DNA from: Betaproteobacteria bacterium | GTDB taxonomy: Bacteria > Pseudomonadota > Gammaproteobacteria > Burkholderiales > SG8-39 | NCBI GenBank assembly: GCA_052387375.1 | Contig: JBQTJF010000082.1 | Location: forward strand, 2,467 to 66,466 | Direction: 5' to 3' | Length of the DNA: 64,000 nt | Shown: positions 23,131 through 39,433 of the stretch, one piece after another | Layout: every line of letters begins with the position of its first letter | Position numbering within the stretch: position 1 is the stretch's first letter | The notes under the pieces: model-generated | Database searches by the model: none | Told to the model about the DNA's origin: nothing | Seen by the model: only the letters and a program-made list of their open reading frames with translations | Made by a program: the position numbers and the translations under genes

Positions 23131-24360
23131 GTGCGAGAATCCGCGGCTCTCGTTGCGCCTTCCATCGTGATTTCCCTCGCCCGCTATGCAGCGGTGCTGC
23201 AGGCGCGGGAGACCAGGCTGACGTTCGCGTTCTCCGTCCTTGGTCGCCTGCCGATCGGCATCACCGGCCTCGCGATCCTCCTTCTCGTGCAGAGCCGTAC
23301 CGGATCCTTCGCCCAGGGCGGGTCGACGACCGCCGGTTACGTGGTGGGGCTGGCCTGCCTCGCGCCTGCGCTTGGACGGTGGATCGACCGCCGCGGACCA
23401 CGGCACGTGCTCATGGCTTGCGGCCTGCTCTTCCCGGGAGCGCTCGTCGCACTCGTCGCCGCCGTCTCCAGCGGCGCCCCCGGGACAGTGACGCTATTGC
23501 TCGCCGCCGCGGCCGGGGCAAGCTTTCCTCCCATCACGGTCTGCATGCGGACGTACTTCCGCCAGCGCCTCGCCGATGATGCGCTCCTGGCCGCAGCCTA
23601 CTCGCTGGAGTCGGTCCTCATCGAATTGATCTTCATCGTCGGTCCGATGCTGGTGGCCGGTTTTGTCGCATTCGCCTCGCCCGCCGCCGCAGTATGGTTC
23701 GCCGCTTCCTGCGGCGGGGTAGGTGCGCTGCTTTTCGCCCGCTCGCCGGCGCTGCGGGCGTGGCGCATCGGGCCGGCGCGGGACGCCAGCCTGCTCGGAC
23801 CGCTTGCGAATCGCCGCTTCGTTGCCTTGATCGCGGTGGTGCTCTGCTATTCGGCGGCCTTCGGGCTCGTAGAGATCGGCATCGCGGCATACGCCATCGA
23901 GGCGGGCGACGCGGCGCTGGCCGGCGTGCTGCTCGGGCTGATGAGCGCGGGCAGCGCACTGGGAGGGCTTGCGTACGGCAGTCGCAGCTGGCACACGCCA
24001 CTGGCGCGGCAGTTCGCCCTGACGCTCGCCATCATGGGCGGCGGGCTTGCCTTGCTGGCGCTGCCTTGGGGACCGTGGCCGTTCTCTTTCCTCTGTGCCG
24101 CGGCGGGGGTCATCATGGCGCCGGCGCTCATCATTCAGTCCATCCTCGTCACCAAGACGGCACGCGCCGAGCACTCGACCGAGGCCTTCACCTGGTCGAC
24201 GAGCGCGCTCCTCGGGGGCGTCGGCATCGGCCTGGCCGCCGGCGGCGGTTTGCTTGAGGTCTGGCCGGCCGCCGGCGCGCTCGCATGCGCCGGCGCGGCG
24301 GCGTTCATTGCGGCGCTTGCGGCGCGCGTGACACTCGCCGCCAGCGCGGGAGCCCCCTAG
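23131..24360 (+). CDS. MFS transporter
   Basis: 409 aa, about 12 hydrophobic segments, GTG start. Substrate unknown and the start is uncertain. Confidence 0.8.
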   Translation: MRESAALVAPSIVISLARYAAVLQARETRLTFAFSVLGRLPIGITGLAILLLVQSRTGSFAQGGSTTAGYVVGLACLAPALGRWIDRRGPRHVLMACGLLFPGALVALVAAVSSGAPGTVTLLLAAAAGASFPPITVCMRTYFRQRLADDALLAAAYSLESVLIELIFIVGPMLVAGFVAFASPAAAVWFAASCGGVGALLFARSPALRAWRIGPARDASLLGPLANRRFVALIAVVLCYSAAFGLVEIGIAAYAIEAGDAALAGVLLGLMSAGSALGGLAYGSRSWHTPLARQFALTLAIMGGGLALLALPWGPWPFSFLCAAAGVIMAPALIIQSILVTKTARAEHSTEAFTWSTSALLGGVGIGLAAGGGLLEVWPAAGALACAGAAAFIAALAARVTLAASAGAP

Positions 24361-26202
<1,842 letters not shown>

Positions 26203-26209
26203 TCTCTGA

Positions 26210-26246
26210 CTCCAGAAAGGCAAACGGCCCAGCGGGGACCGGGCCG
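26210..26246 (-). terminator. GC-rich hairpin plus U-rich tail between mnmE and pckG
   Basis: RNA reads CGGCCC-(10 nt loop)-GGGCCG followed by UUUGCCUUUCU. It ends just before the pckG SD. It could terminate the mnmE operon or act as a pckG leader element. Confidence 0.35.
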
Positions 26247-26370
26247 CTCTGACAGCAGCGAAGATGTCGACGAGGATTCTAGCATCGCCACCCGCAGGGG
26301 CTTTCGCGAGGAACCGTCGGCGCGGAGCAAAGTTCCGTAGTTACAACGGCTTATGCGGCGCGAAATCAGC

Positions 26371-27690
26371 TCACTTGCCGATGCAGAAGCGGGCGAAGAT
26401 TTCGCCGAGCAGGTCGTCGGCGCCGAACTCGCCGGTGATGCTGCCGAGCGCCGTCTGGGCAAGCCGCAACTCCTCAGCGAAAAGCTCCCACTGCTTTTGG
26501 CCGCCGGCGGCCTCAAGGTGGAAACGCGCCCGCTGCAGCGCGCGCAGATGGCGCTCGCGCGCGAGGAAAACCGACTCGCCGGTCGACGACCATCCGGCGG
26601 CTTCGAGGATCGCCGCGCGCAAGCGGTCTAGCCCAGTCCCGGTCTTAGCCGACACGGCGACGCTTCCCGGCGGCGCGACGAAGCCGGGCACCAAGTCCGC
26701 TTTGTTGTAAACGACGATCCGTGCGGCGCTGGGCGGCAGGTGCGCGACGGCGGGCTCGGCGCCGCCGGCTTCGGCCACGGCGAGCACGAGGTCGGCTCGC
26801 TCGAGCTCCTGCCGTGTCCGCTCGATGCCGAGCTTTTCCAGCTCGTCGCCGGCAGCGCGCATTCCAGCGGTGTCGACCAGCACGACCGGCACGCCGTCGA
26901 GCTGAATCGGCTCGCGCAGGCTGTCGCGTGTGGTCCCCGCGAACGGGGTGACGATCGCCCGGTCCTCGCCGGCCAGGCGGTTCAGGAGGCTCGACTTGCC
27001 CACGTTCGGCGCCCCGGCGAGTACGGCATGAATGCCCGTGCGCAACAGGCTCCCCTGGCGGCTCTTGGCGATGACCGAGTCGAGCGCCGCGCGTACCGCC
27101 GTGAGGCGCGCCCCAGCTTCGTCGCGATGCATGCCGTCGATCTCTTCCTCGGGAAAATCGAGCATCGCCTCCGTCAAGGCGCGCAGCTCGATCAACCCGC
27201 TGACGAGCGCGCCGATCGCCGTCGAGAACTCTCCGATGAGGGAGCGCAGCGCCGACCTCGCCGCCTCGCGGCTGGCGGCATCGATGAGGTCGGCGACCGC
27301 TTCCGCCTGCGCGAGATCGAGCTTGCCCTCGAGGAATGCGCGCCGGGTGAACTCGCCGGGCTCGGCGAGCCGCGCGCCAGCGTCCAAGCAGGCGCGCAGC
27401 AGCTCCTGCATCACCACCGGACCGCCGTGTCCCTGCAGCTCGAGCACCGGCTCGCCCGTGTACGATCCCGGCGCGGGATAGTAGACGGCGATGCCGTGAT
27501 CGATGCGCTCGCCGCGCGCGTCCCGGAACGCCGCCAGGCTGGCATGGCGTGGCGCCGGCAGCCGGCCGAGTACCGCCTGCGCGATGCGCGGGACCTCCGC
27601 CCCGGAGATGCGCACCACGCCGATGCCCCCTTTCCCCGGAGCAGTAGCGACGGCGGCGATCGTGTCCCGCGCTGCGTCAGCGCTTGGCAT
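26371..27690 (-). CDS. mnmE: tRNA modification GTPase MnmE (TrmE)
   Basis: 439 aa. G1 GAPNVGKSSLLN, G3 DTAG, C-terminal FCIGK. Confidence 0.95.
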   Translation of the reverse strand: MPSADAARDTIAAVATAPGKGGIGVVRISGAEVPRIAQAVLGRLPAPRHASLAAFRDARGERIDHGIAVYYPAPGSYTGEPVLELQGHGGPVVMQELLRACLDAGARLAEPGEFTRRAFLEGKLDLAQAEAVADLIDAASREAARSALRSLIGEFSTAIGALVSGLIELRALTEAMLDFPEEEIDGMHRDEAGARLTAVRAALDSVIAKSRQGSLLRTGIHAVLAGAPNVGKSSLLNRLAGEDRAIVTPFAGTTRDSLREPIQLDGVPVVLVDTAGMRAAGDELEKLGIERTRQELERADLVLAVAEAGGAEPAVAHLPPSAARIVVYNKADLVPGFVAPPGSVAVSAKTGTGLDRLRAAILEAAGWSSTGESVFLARERHLRALQRARFHLEAAGGQKQWELFAEELRLAQTALGSITGEFGADDLLGEIFARFCIGK

Positions 27691-29314
27691 GGGCAGGCTT
27701 GTCGCGCTGGAACATGCGCTGGATCTGCCACTGCTGGAGGATCGAGAGGACGTTGTTGACCAGCCAGTACAGCACCAGGCCGGCCGGAAAGAAGAAGAAG
27801 AAGACGCTGAACACGTAAGGCATGAACTTCATGACCTTCGCTTGCACCGGGTCCGGCGGCACCGGGTTCATGCGCGTTTGCAGCACCATCGTCGCGGTCA
27901 TCAGGATGGGCAGGACGTAGTACGGGTCGAGCGCCGAGAGATCGGTGATCCAGAGCACGAACGGCGCGTGGCGGAGCTCGATCGCCGCCAGCAGCACCCA
28001 ATACAGGGCGATGAACACCGGGATCTGCACGAGGATCGGGAAGCAGCCGCCCAGCGGATTGATTTTCTCGGTCCGGTACAGCTCCATCATCGCCTGGTTC
28101 ATCTTCTGGCGGTCGTGGCCGTACATCTCCCGTATCTTGGTGAGCCTTGGCGTGATCAGCTTCATCTTCGCCATCGACTTGTAGCTCGCCGCGGAAAGGG
28201 GAAAGAAGACCAGCTTGATCAGTACCGTGAGCAGGATGATCGCCACGCCCCAGTTGCCGCTCAGGGCATGGAACTTCTGCAGCAGCCAGAACAGCGGCCA
28301 GGCGATGATGGCGAGGAATCCGTAGTCGACCACCAGGTCGAGGCCCGGTGCGGCCGCCTCCAGGCGGTTCTGCTCCTGCGGACCGGCATAGAGCGGCGCG
28401 CTGAGTCGCGCACTGCTCCCGGATGGCACCGTAGCTGGAACGAGCACGCGCCCGGCGTAGGTCCCGTCCTGGCGCCGCTCGACGACGTAGTCGCGCTTCA
28501 CACCTCGCGCGGGTAGCCACGCCGAGACGAAATAATGCTGAACGAACGCGAGCCAGCCGTCCTCGGCTTGCGCCTCGGTCGATGCCTTGTCCAGATCCGA
28601 CGGATGCAGCTTCTCGAACTTGCGCGCCTCGCTGAACAGCGCGAAGCCGGTGAAGCTCTGGGCGCCGAACTGCTGCGCCAGCGTGTCGGCGTCCGCGTCG
28701 GGCTTGCCGTCGTGCGTCAGCTGGAAATAGCCGTAGGTCGCGACCGGAACCGGCGACGGGTTGCGCAGCTCCAGCGCCACGTCGATGACGTAGCTGTTGC
28801 GCTTGAAGGTATAAATCTTCGACACTTCGAGGCCGTCACGCCCCTGCGCCGAGAGGCGCAGCTCGACCGCCTCCATGCCAGGCTCGAGCGTGCGCTGGCC
28901 CGGCTGCACCCGCCAGGGCGTGCGATGGTTGGGGCCTGCATCTCCCGTAATTCCGCTTTGCGCCACATACCGGTGCTCGGGACCGAGCAGGACGAAGTTC
29001 TTGGTGCGATCGCGCGAATCCTTGTGCCGGACCAGTTCGACCTTGCGCAGCGTGCCGCCCAGGCTATCGACCTCGGCGGTGATGAGGTCGGTGCTGATGC
29101 GCACGACGTCGCCCTGTGCTTGGGCGTCCGCGCCGGGCGAAGCGACCGGGGGCGCGGCGGGGGCGGCCGGCTTGGCGGGTGCCGGTACGCCTTCCTGAGC
29201 GCGCGGCGCCGGCGGCGGCTTTGGCCGGCTCTCGCGCTCCCACGCCTCCCACAGCATGAGGAGCGAGAAACTGAAGATGAAGAGCAGGATGAGCCGCTGC
29301 GTATCCATGTTCAT
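27677..29314 (-). CDS. yidC: Membrane protein insertase YidC
   Basis: Start [25 protein letters not shown] (ATG 29312-29314 overlaps the yidD stop). An alternative ATG lies at 29308. Conserved C-terminal 60-kDa insertase domain. Confidence 0.95.
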   Translation of the reverse strand: MNMDTQRLILLFIFSFSLLMLWEAWERESRPKPPPAPRAQEGVPAPAKPAAPAAPPVASPGADAQAQGDVVRISTDLITAEVDSLGGTLRKVELVRHKDSRDRTKNFVLLGPEHRYVAQSGITGDAGPNHRTPWRVQPGQRTLEPGMEAVELRLSAQGRDGLEVSKIYTFKRNSYVIDVALELRNPSPVPVATYGYFQLTHDGKPDADADTLAQQFGAQSFTGFALFSEARKFEKLHPSDLDKASTEAQAEDGWLAFVQHYFVSAWLPARGVKRDYVVERRQDGTYAGRVLVPATVPSGSSARLSAPLYAGPQEQNRLEAAAPGLDLVVDYGFLAIIAWPLFWLLQKFHALSGNWGVAIILLTVLIKLVFFPLSAASYKSMAKMKLITPRLTKIREMYGHDRQKMNQAMMELYRTEKINPLGGCFPILVQIPVFIALYWVLLAAIELRHAPFVLWITDLSALDPYYVLPILMTATMVLQTRMNPVPPDPVQAKVMKFMPYVFSVFFFFFPAGLVLYWLVNNVLSILQQWQIQRMFQRDKPAHAKR

Positions 29315-29523
29315 GGAACCGGGTCGAAGCCGCCCGGATGCCAGGGTCCGCATCGGCACACGCGCCGCGCGGCCAGCAGCGTGCCGCGCCAGGCGCCGTG
29401 GCGCGCCAGCGCCTGCTCGGCGTATTCCGAGCAGCTCGGGTGGAATCGGCACGAGGGCGCTATCAGTGGGCTGACGCCCCAGCGATAGGCGCGCACGACG
29501 AGGCGCAGCGCGGCAGACATCAT
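29311..29523 (-). CDS. yidD: Membrane protein insertion efficiency factor YidD
   Basis: 70 aa. ...[31 protein letters not shown].... The ATG overlaps the rnpA stop (ATGA). Confidence 0.9.
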   Translation of the reverse strand: MMSAALRLVVRAYRWGVSPLIAPSCRFHPSCSEYAEQALARHGAWRGTLLAARRVCRCGPWHPGGFDPVP

Positions 29524-29843
29524 GCCGCGAGGCTGGCAAAGAGGGCGCGCAGGCGGCGGATCATCTGCCCCGAAGGCTCCGCGCGGTAGGGCGGTCGCAC
29601 CAGCACGTCGATCGGGCCGAGCCGCTCCTGCTCCAGGCGGAACGCTTCGCGGATGCATCGCTTGATGCGGTTGCGCTCCGTGGCGGCGGTGGCATGCTTT
29701 CTTGACACGAGTATTCCAAGACGGGGACCGCCCGTTTCGCGCCGCGCTAGATAGAAGGTGTAGCCGGCGGAGCTGCGTCGCGCGCCTTCTTGCAGCAGGC
29801 TTTCGAATTGCGCGCTTCGCCTCAGTCGGCGCCCGGCGCCCAG
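29520..29843 (-). CDS. rnpA: Ribonuclease P protein component RnpA (start codon uncertain, probably non-canonical)
   Basis: The frame upstream of the 62-aa track ORF encodes the conserved RnpA N-terminus (...[47 protein letters not shown]...). No in-frame ATG/GTG/TTG exists upstream. CTG at 29841-29843 is the best candidate. Confidence 0.82.
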   Translation of the reverse strand: MGAGRRLRRSAQFESLLQEGARRSSAGYTFYLARRETGGPRLGILVSRKHATAATERNRIKRCIREAFRLEQERLGPIDVLVRPPYRAEPSGQMIRRLRALFASLAA

Positions 29844-29866
29844 TCCGAAGCGCTTGTCGGCCGCGG

Positions 29867-30001
29867 CTACAACCCTAGGCGGCGGCGTCCACGCGAGCGG
29901 CGGTTACGCAACACCGCGCGACCGCCACGCGTGCGACTGCGCACCAGGAAACCGTGGCGCCGCGCGCGCCGAGTCTTGGACGGTTGGTAAGTCCGCTTCA
30001 T
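29867..30001 (-). CDS. rpmH: 50S ribosomal protein L34
   Basis: Hand translation gives [44 protein letters not shown] (44 aa), below the track length cutoff. Canonical position upstream of rnpA and divergent from dnaA. Confidence 0.95.
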   Translation of the reverse strand: MKRTYQPSKTRRARRHGFLVRSRTRGGRAVLRNRRSRGRRRLGL

Positions 30002-30088
30002 GGCCGGTCCGAAAAAGGGCGGTATTAGAGCGCGCGCGTCAACGCGTTGTCAAATAGTCTGGCGAGCGTCAACGCCGTGCTTCGCGCC

Positions 30089-30119
30089 TGTGGATAACCC
30101 GCATCGAAGAAGGTAAAAT
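30089..30119 (+). promoter_or_regulatory. Consensus DnaA box overlapping a candidate dnaA promoter
   Basis: TGTGGATAA at 30089-30097 (perfect complement of TTATCCACA). -35-like TGGATA (30091-30096), 17-nt spacer, -10 TAAAAT (30114-30119). The ATG is at 30146. Confidence 0.5.
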
Positions 30120-30145
30120 TCTTGCTCGTCTAGGCCAACGACAAG

Positions 30146-31477
30146 ATGCAAAACCTCTGGGACGCCTGCCTGCGTCGACTCGAGCAGGAGCTGCCCGCGC
30201 AACAGTTCAACACTTGGATCCGCCCGCTCGCAGCCGAGACGGGCGCGACCACCGACACGCTGGTCCTCGCTGCGCCGAACCGTTTCGTCCTGGAGCTGGT
30301 GCGCGAGCGCTTTGCGACGCGCATCGAGCGGCTCGCGACCGAAGCCTGCGGTCGCGAACTGGGCCTGCGGCTCGTGCTCGCGCGCGGCACCGAGGCCGCC
30401 GGCCGGCCCGCCGCCGCAGCACAGCGCCCGTCCAATGACTCCCCGACGATGCTCGAACGGGCGCGCCTCAATCGCGGCTTCTCGTTCGACAGCTTCGTCA
30501 CCGGCAAGGCGAACCAGCTGGCCCGCGCCGCGGCGCTGCAGGTGGCGGAGAACCCGGGCATCTCCTACAACCCGCTGTTCGTCTATGGCGGCGTCGGTCT
30601 GGGCAAGACGCATCTCGTGCAGGCCATCGGCAATCAGGTCGCCGACCAGCGTCCGCAGGCGCGCATCCGTTACATTCACGCAGAGCAGTACGTCACCGAC
30701 GTGGTGCGCGCCTACCAGCAGAAGTCGTTCGACGAGTTCAAGCGCTATTACCACTCCCTCGACCTCCTGCTCATCGACGATATCCAGTTCTTCTCCAACA
30801 AAGGCCGCACGCAGGAGGAGTTCTTCTACGCCTTCAATGCCTTGGTGGAGGCGCACAAGCAGATCGTCATCACCTGCGACACCTATCCGAAGGAGATCGC
30901 CGGCATGGAGGAGCGGCTGATCTCTCGCTTTGGCTGGGGGCTCACGGTCGCGATCGAGCCGCCGGAGCTCGAGATGCGCGTCGCCATCGTGCTGAAGAAG
31001 GCCGAGGCAGAGGCCGTAGCGCTGTCGGAGGAGATCGCCTTCTTCGTCGCCAAGCACATCCGCTCCAACGTCCGCGAGCTCGAAGGCGCCCTGAAGAAAG
31101 TGCTCGCCTTCGCCCGGTTCACCGGCCGCGAGCTGTCGCTCGATCTGGCAAAGGAAGCGCTGCGCGACATTCTCAATCTCAACAGCAGGCAAGTAAGCGT
31201 CGAGGGCATCCAGAAAACCGTCGCGGAGTACTTCAAGATCAAGGTTTCCGACATGCACTCGAAGAAGCGCAGCCGCAACCTTGCGCGCCCCCGGCAGGTG
31301 GCGATGGCACTTGCCAAGGACCTCACGCAAATGAGCCTTCCGGAGATCGGCGAAGCTTTCGGCAACCGCGACCACACCACCGTTCTTCATGCTTGTCGCA
31401 CCATTGCGAGCCTGCGCAAGCACGACAGTGCCCTGAACCGTGACTACCTCGTGCTGGAGCAGGTGCTGAAGGGATGA
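30146..31477 (+). CDS. dnaA: Chromosomal replication initiator protein DnaA
   Basis: 443 aa. Walker [11 protein letters not shown], DnaA signature region, C-terminal DNA-binding domain (...[12 protein letters not shown]...). Confidence 0.98.
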   Translation: MQNLWDACLRRLEQELPAQQFNTWIRPLAAETGATTDTLVLAAPNRFVLELVRERFATRIERLATEACGRELGLRLVLARGTEAAGRPAAAAQRPSNDSPTMLERARLNRGFSFDSFVTGKANQLARAAALQVAENPGISYNPLFVYGGVGLGKTHLVQAIGNQVADQRPQARIRYIHAEQYVTDVVRAYQQKSFDEFKRYYHSLDLLLIDDIQFFSNKGRTQEEFFYAFNALVEAHKQIVITCDTYPKEIAGMEERLISRFGWGLTVAIEPPELEMRVAIVLKKAEAEAVALSEEIAFFVAKHIRSNVRELEGALKKVLAFARFTGRELSLDLAKEALRDILNLNSRQVSVEGIQKTVAEYFKIKVSDMHSKKRSRNLARPRQVAMALAKDLTQMSLPEIGEAFGNRDHTTVLHACRTIASLRKHDSALNRDYLVLEQVLKG

Positions 31478-31513
31478 GCGGGTGAAGAAGCTGTGCGCCG
31501 CGGAGGAGCAAGC

Positions 31514-31522
31514 TGTGGATAA
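31514..31522 (+). promoter_or_regulatory. DnaA box (perfect, TGTGGATAA)
   Basis: Exact 9-mer read in the dnaA-dnaN intergenic region. Confidence 0.6.
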
Positions 31523-31549
31523 GGCGCGCGCTGCTGCCGCGCGGCGTAA

Positions 31550-31558
31550 CTATCCACA
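31550..31558 (+). promoter_or_regulatory. DnaA box (8/9, CTATCCACA)
   Basis: One mismatch to TTATCCACA. Opposite orientation to the box at 31514. Weaker 6-7/9 matches lie at 31571-31579 and 31635-31643. Confidence 0.5.
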
Positions 31559-31654
31559 TCCTCGCACATATGCCCCACAGGTTTCCCCGGGCTTCGCGCG
31601 CCGACAAGCCGCGGGCGGGAAAGCTCTTTCCGACTTATCCCGTGTTTGCGCCGG

Positions 31655-31691
31655 CCTTATTAGCTACTACTAAGTACTAAGGTAAATAACA
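31655..31691. other. AT-rich element with tandem TACTAAG repeat (candidate DNA-unwinding element / oriC component)
   Basis: ccttattagctactactaagtactaaggtaaataaca is about 30% GC by hand count, in a very GC-rich context. TACTAAG occurs at 31668-31674 and 31675-31681. Confidence 0.4.
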
Positions 31692-37672
<5,981 letters not shown>

Positions 37673-37783
37673 GCGGCGCGAAAGGCCGCCGATGATAAGT
37701 GCAACCGCGAGCGCGTTCAACCTGCGCGGCACGGTTGGCGCGCCGATGACCTCTGCCTCGCGCGCGTGCGCGCGCGAGGCCCG

Positions 37784-38242
37784 CTAGTTGGGCAAGCGGG
37801 CCTGGGTCGCGGCGAAGAGGTCCTCGGCGAGCAGCCGGCTGGTCGGCGTTTGCTGATTCCAGAGCACCATCAGCACGATCAGCTTCAGCTGCTCGAGCGT
37901 TAACGTCTGGCCGGATGCGGCAAGCGAGCGCTCGAGCACGAGCTCGCGCGTGTGCGGCGTCAGGATTCCGGAATGCTCCAGCGTGAGGAGGAATCCCCGG
38001 CACTCGACGTCGAGTTTGGCCAGTTCCCGCGGCGCGAAGGCACGAAAGCTCGAACGCGCGTCCGGCAGCGCCTCGGCCGCGGCGACCGGCGAGCGCAGCA
38101 CGCCGGCCAGCCAGTGCAGCGCTTCGCTGATGTCCGAGTCCTCGAACCCGGCCGCCGAGAGCCTCTTCGCGACCCGTTCACGATCGAACGCCAGCTCGGC
38201 CTGCTGGCAGTTCTCGAACAGGAATACGAGGATGTCGTACAT
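37784..38242 (-). CDS. smg: Smg protein (DUF494)
   Basis: 152 aa, MYDILVFLFENCQQAE.... Conserved position downstream of dprA. Confidence 0.88.
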   Translation of the reverse strand: MYDILVFLFENCQQAELAFDRERVAKRLSAAGFEDSDISEALHWLAGVLRSPVAAAEALPDARSSFRAFAPRELAKLDVECRGFLLTLEHSGILTPHTRELVLERSLAASGQTLTLEQLKLIVLMVLWNQQTPTSRLLAEDLFAATQARLPN

Positions 38243-38284
38243 AAGGCCCTCCCTTTCTCTATAACGCCGCGGTCGGCATTGGGT

Positions 38285-39391
38285 TTACCCGGGCTTTCTC
38301 TTCTCGAGGCGCTGATACAACCCGCCGGGCAGCACGGTCACCCGGCCCTCGAGCTCGAGCCGCAGGAGCTCCGAGGTGACCTGCTCGGCCGACATGCCTG
38401 CGCGAGCGCAAAGGGAATCGACGTCCACCGGGTCGTGGCCCATGTGCGCAAGCAGGCCGGCCGCTGCGGCCGCGGCGGCGGGTGCCTCGCCTTCTGTCGT
38501 GGAGGCATAGCCGCTAGCACGGAAGCCCGACAGTTCGGTGAGTACGTCCTCGGCGGACTCGACGAGCTTTGCCCCGGACTTGATCAGGGCATGGCAGCCC
38601 TTGGAGAGCGGCGAGTGGATGGAGCCAGGCAGCGCGAACACGTCCCGACCCTGATCGGCGGCGGCTCGCGCGGTGATGAGGGAGCCGGAAGCAAGCGCCG
38701 CTTCGATGACCAGGCAGCCCTGCGCAAGGCCGCTGATGAGGCGATTGCGGCGCGGAAAATTCACTGCCACAGGACCACTGCCGAGCGGAAATTCGGACAG
38801 CAACAGGCCGCGCGTGGCGATACGCTCGGCAAGCTCGAGGTTGCGCTTAGGGTAGCGAACGTCAATCCCGGTGCCGAGCACGGCGATGGTCGAGCCGGCG
38901 CCCTCGAGTCCGCCGCGGTGGGCCGCCGCGTCGATGCCCACCGCAAGCCCCGAGACGATGCTCAGGCCGGCATCGCTGAGGGCCTTGGCGAAGCTGAGGG
39001 CATTTGCCTCGCCCTGCGCCGTCGCATTGCGGCTACCAACGATGGCGAGGCAGCTGCGCTGCAAGAGCTCGGTCCGGCCCTGCGCGTAGAGCAGCGAAGG
39101 CGGATCGACGATTTCCAGCAGCGCGCGCGGGTACAGCTCGTCGGCGAGCGTGATGATGAAATGCCCGGGTTCGGCCGCCCATCGCATTGCCCGCGCGACC
39201 TCGGCTTGAACCGCTTCCGAATGCAGCGCGGCGAGCGTCGCTGGCGGCGCGAACGCGGCGAGTTCCTGGCTCCTGGCGAGCACGGACTGCGGCAGCCCGA
39301 ACTGCCGTAAGAGCTTGCGGATGACTGAAGCGCCGAGCCCCGGGGTGAGAGTGAGCTGCAACCAGCTCGCCAGCCCCGGATCGGGCGTCAT
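38285..39391 (-). CDS. dprA: DNA processing protein DprA (Smf)
   Basis: 368 aa. Rossmann-like core (IVGSRNATAQG..., IVSGLAVGIDAAAHRG, VIEAALASGSLITAR). C-terminal winged-helix domain. Confidence 0.92.
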   Translation of the reverse strand: MTPDPGLASWLQLTLTPGLGASVIRKLLRQFGLPQSVLARSQELAAFAPPATLAALHSEAVQAEVARAMRWAAEPGHFIITLADELYPRALLEIVDPPSLLYAQGRTELLQRSCLAIVGSRNATAQGEANALSFAKALSDAGLSIVSGLAVGIDAAAHRGGLEGAGSTIAVLGTGIDVRYPKRNLELAERIATRGLLLSEFPLGSGPVAVNFPRRNRLISGLAQGCLVIEAALASGSLITARAAADQGRDVFALPGSIHSPLSKGCHALIKSGAKLVESAEDVLTELSGFRASGYASTTEGEAPAAAAAAAGLLAHMGHDPVDVDSLCARAGMSAEQVTSELLRLELEGRVTVLPGGLYQRLEKRKPG

Positions 39392-39433
39392 GCCGGCGGC
39401 GAGCTGCGGGGAAGCGAAACCCGCGTGTTGAAG

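Noticed and set aside
26203-26223. pckG start at ATG 26223 ([12 protein letters not shown]...)
   Set aside because: The extension would run through the U-tract of the upstream hairpin and has no SD. The ATG at 26202 has GGAG at a 7-nt spacing. The difference is 7 codons and remains uncertain.
29520-29708. Calling rnpA as the 62-aa track ORF starting at GTG 29708
   Set aside because: That call would delete the conserved N-terminal half of RnpA, which is clearly encoded in the same frame upstream. It was extended to a probable non-canonical start instead.
30050-31423. 457-aa ORF antisense to dnaA
   Set aside because: It overlaps dnaA completely. dnaA carries the canonical AAA+ and DNA-binding motifs, so the antisense frame is a GC artefact.
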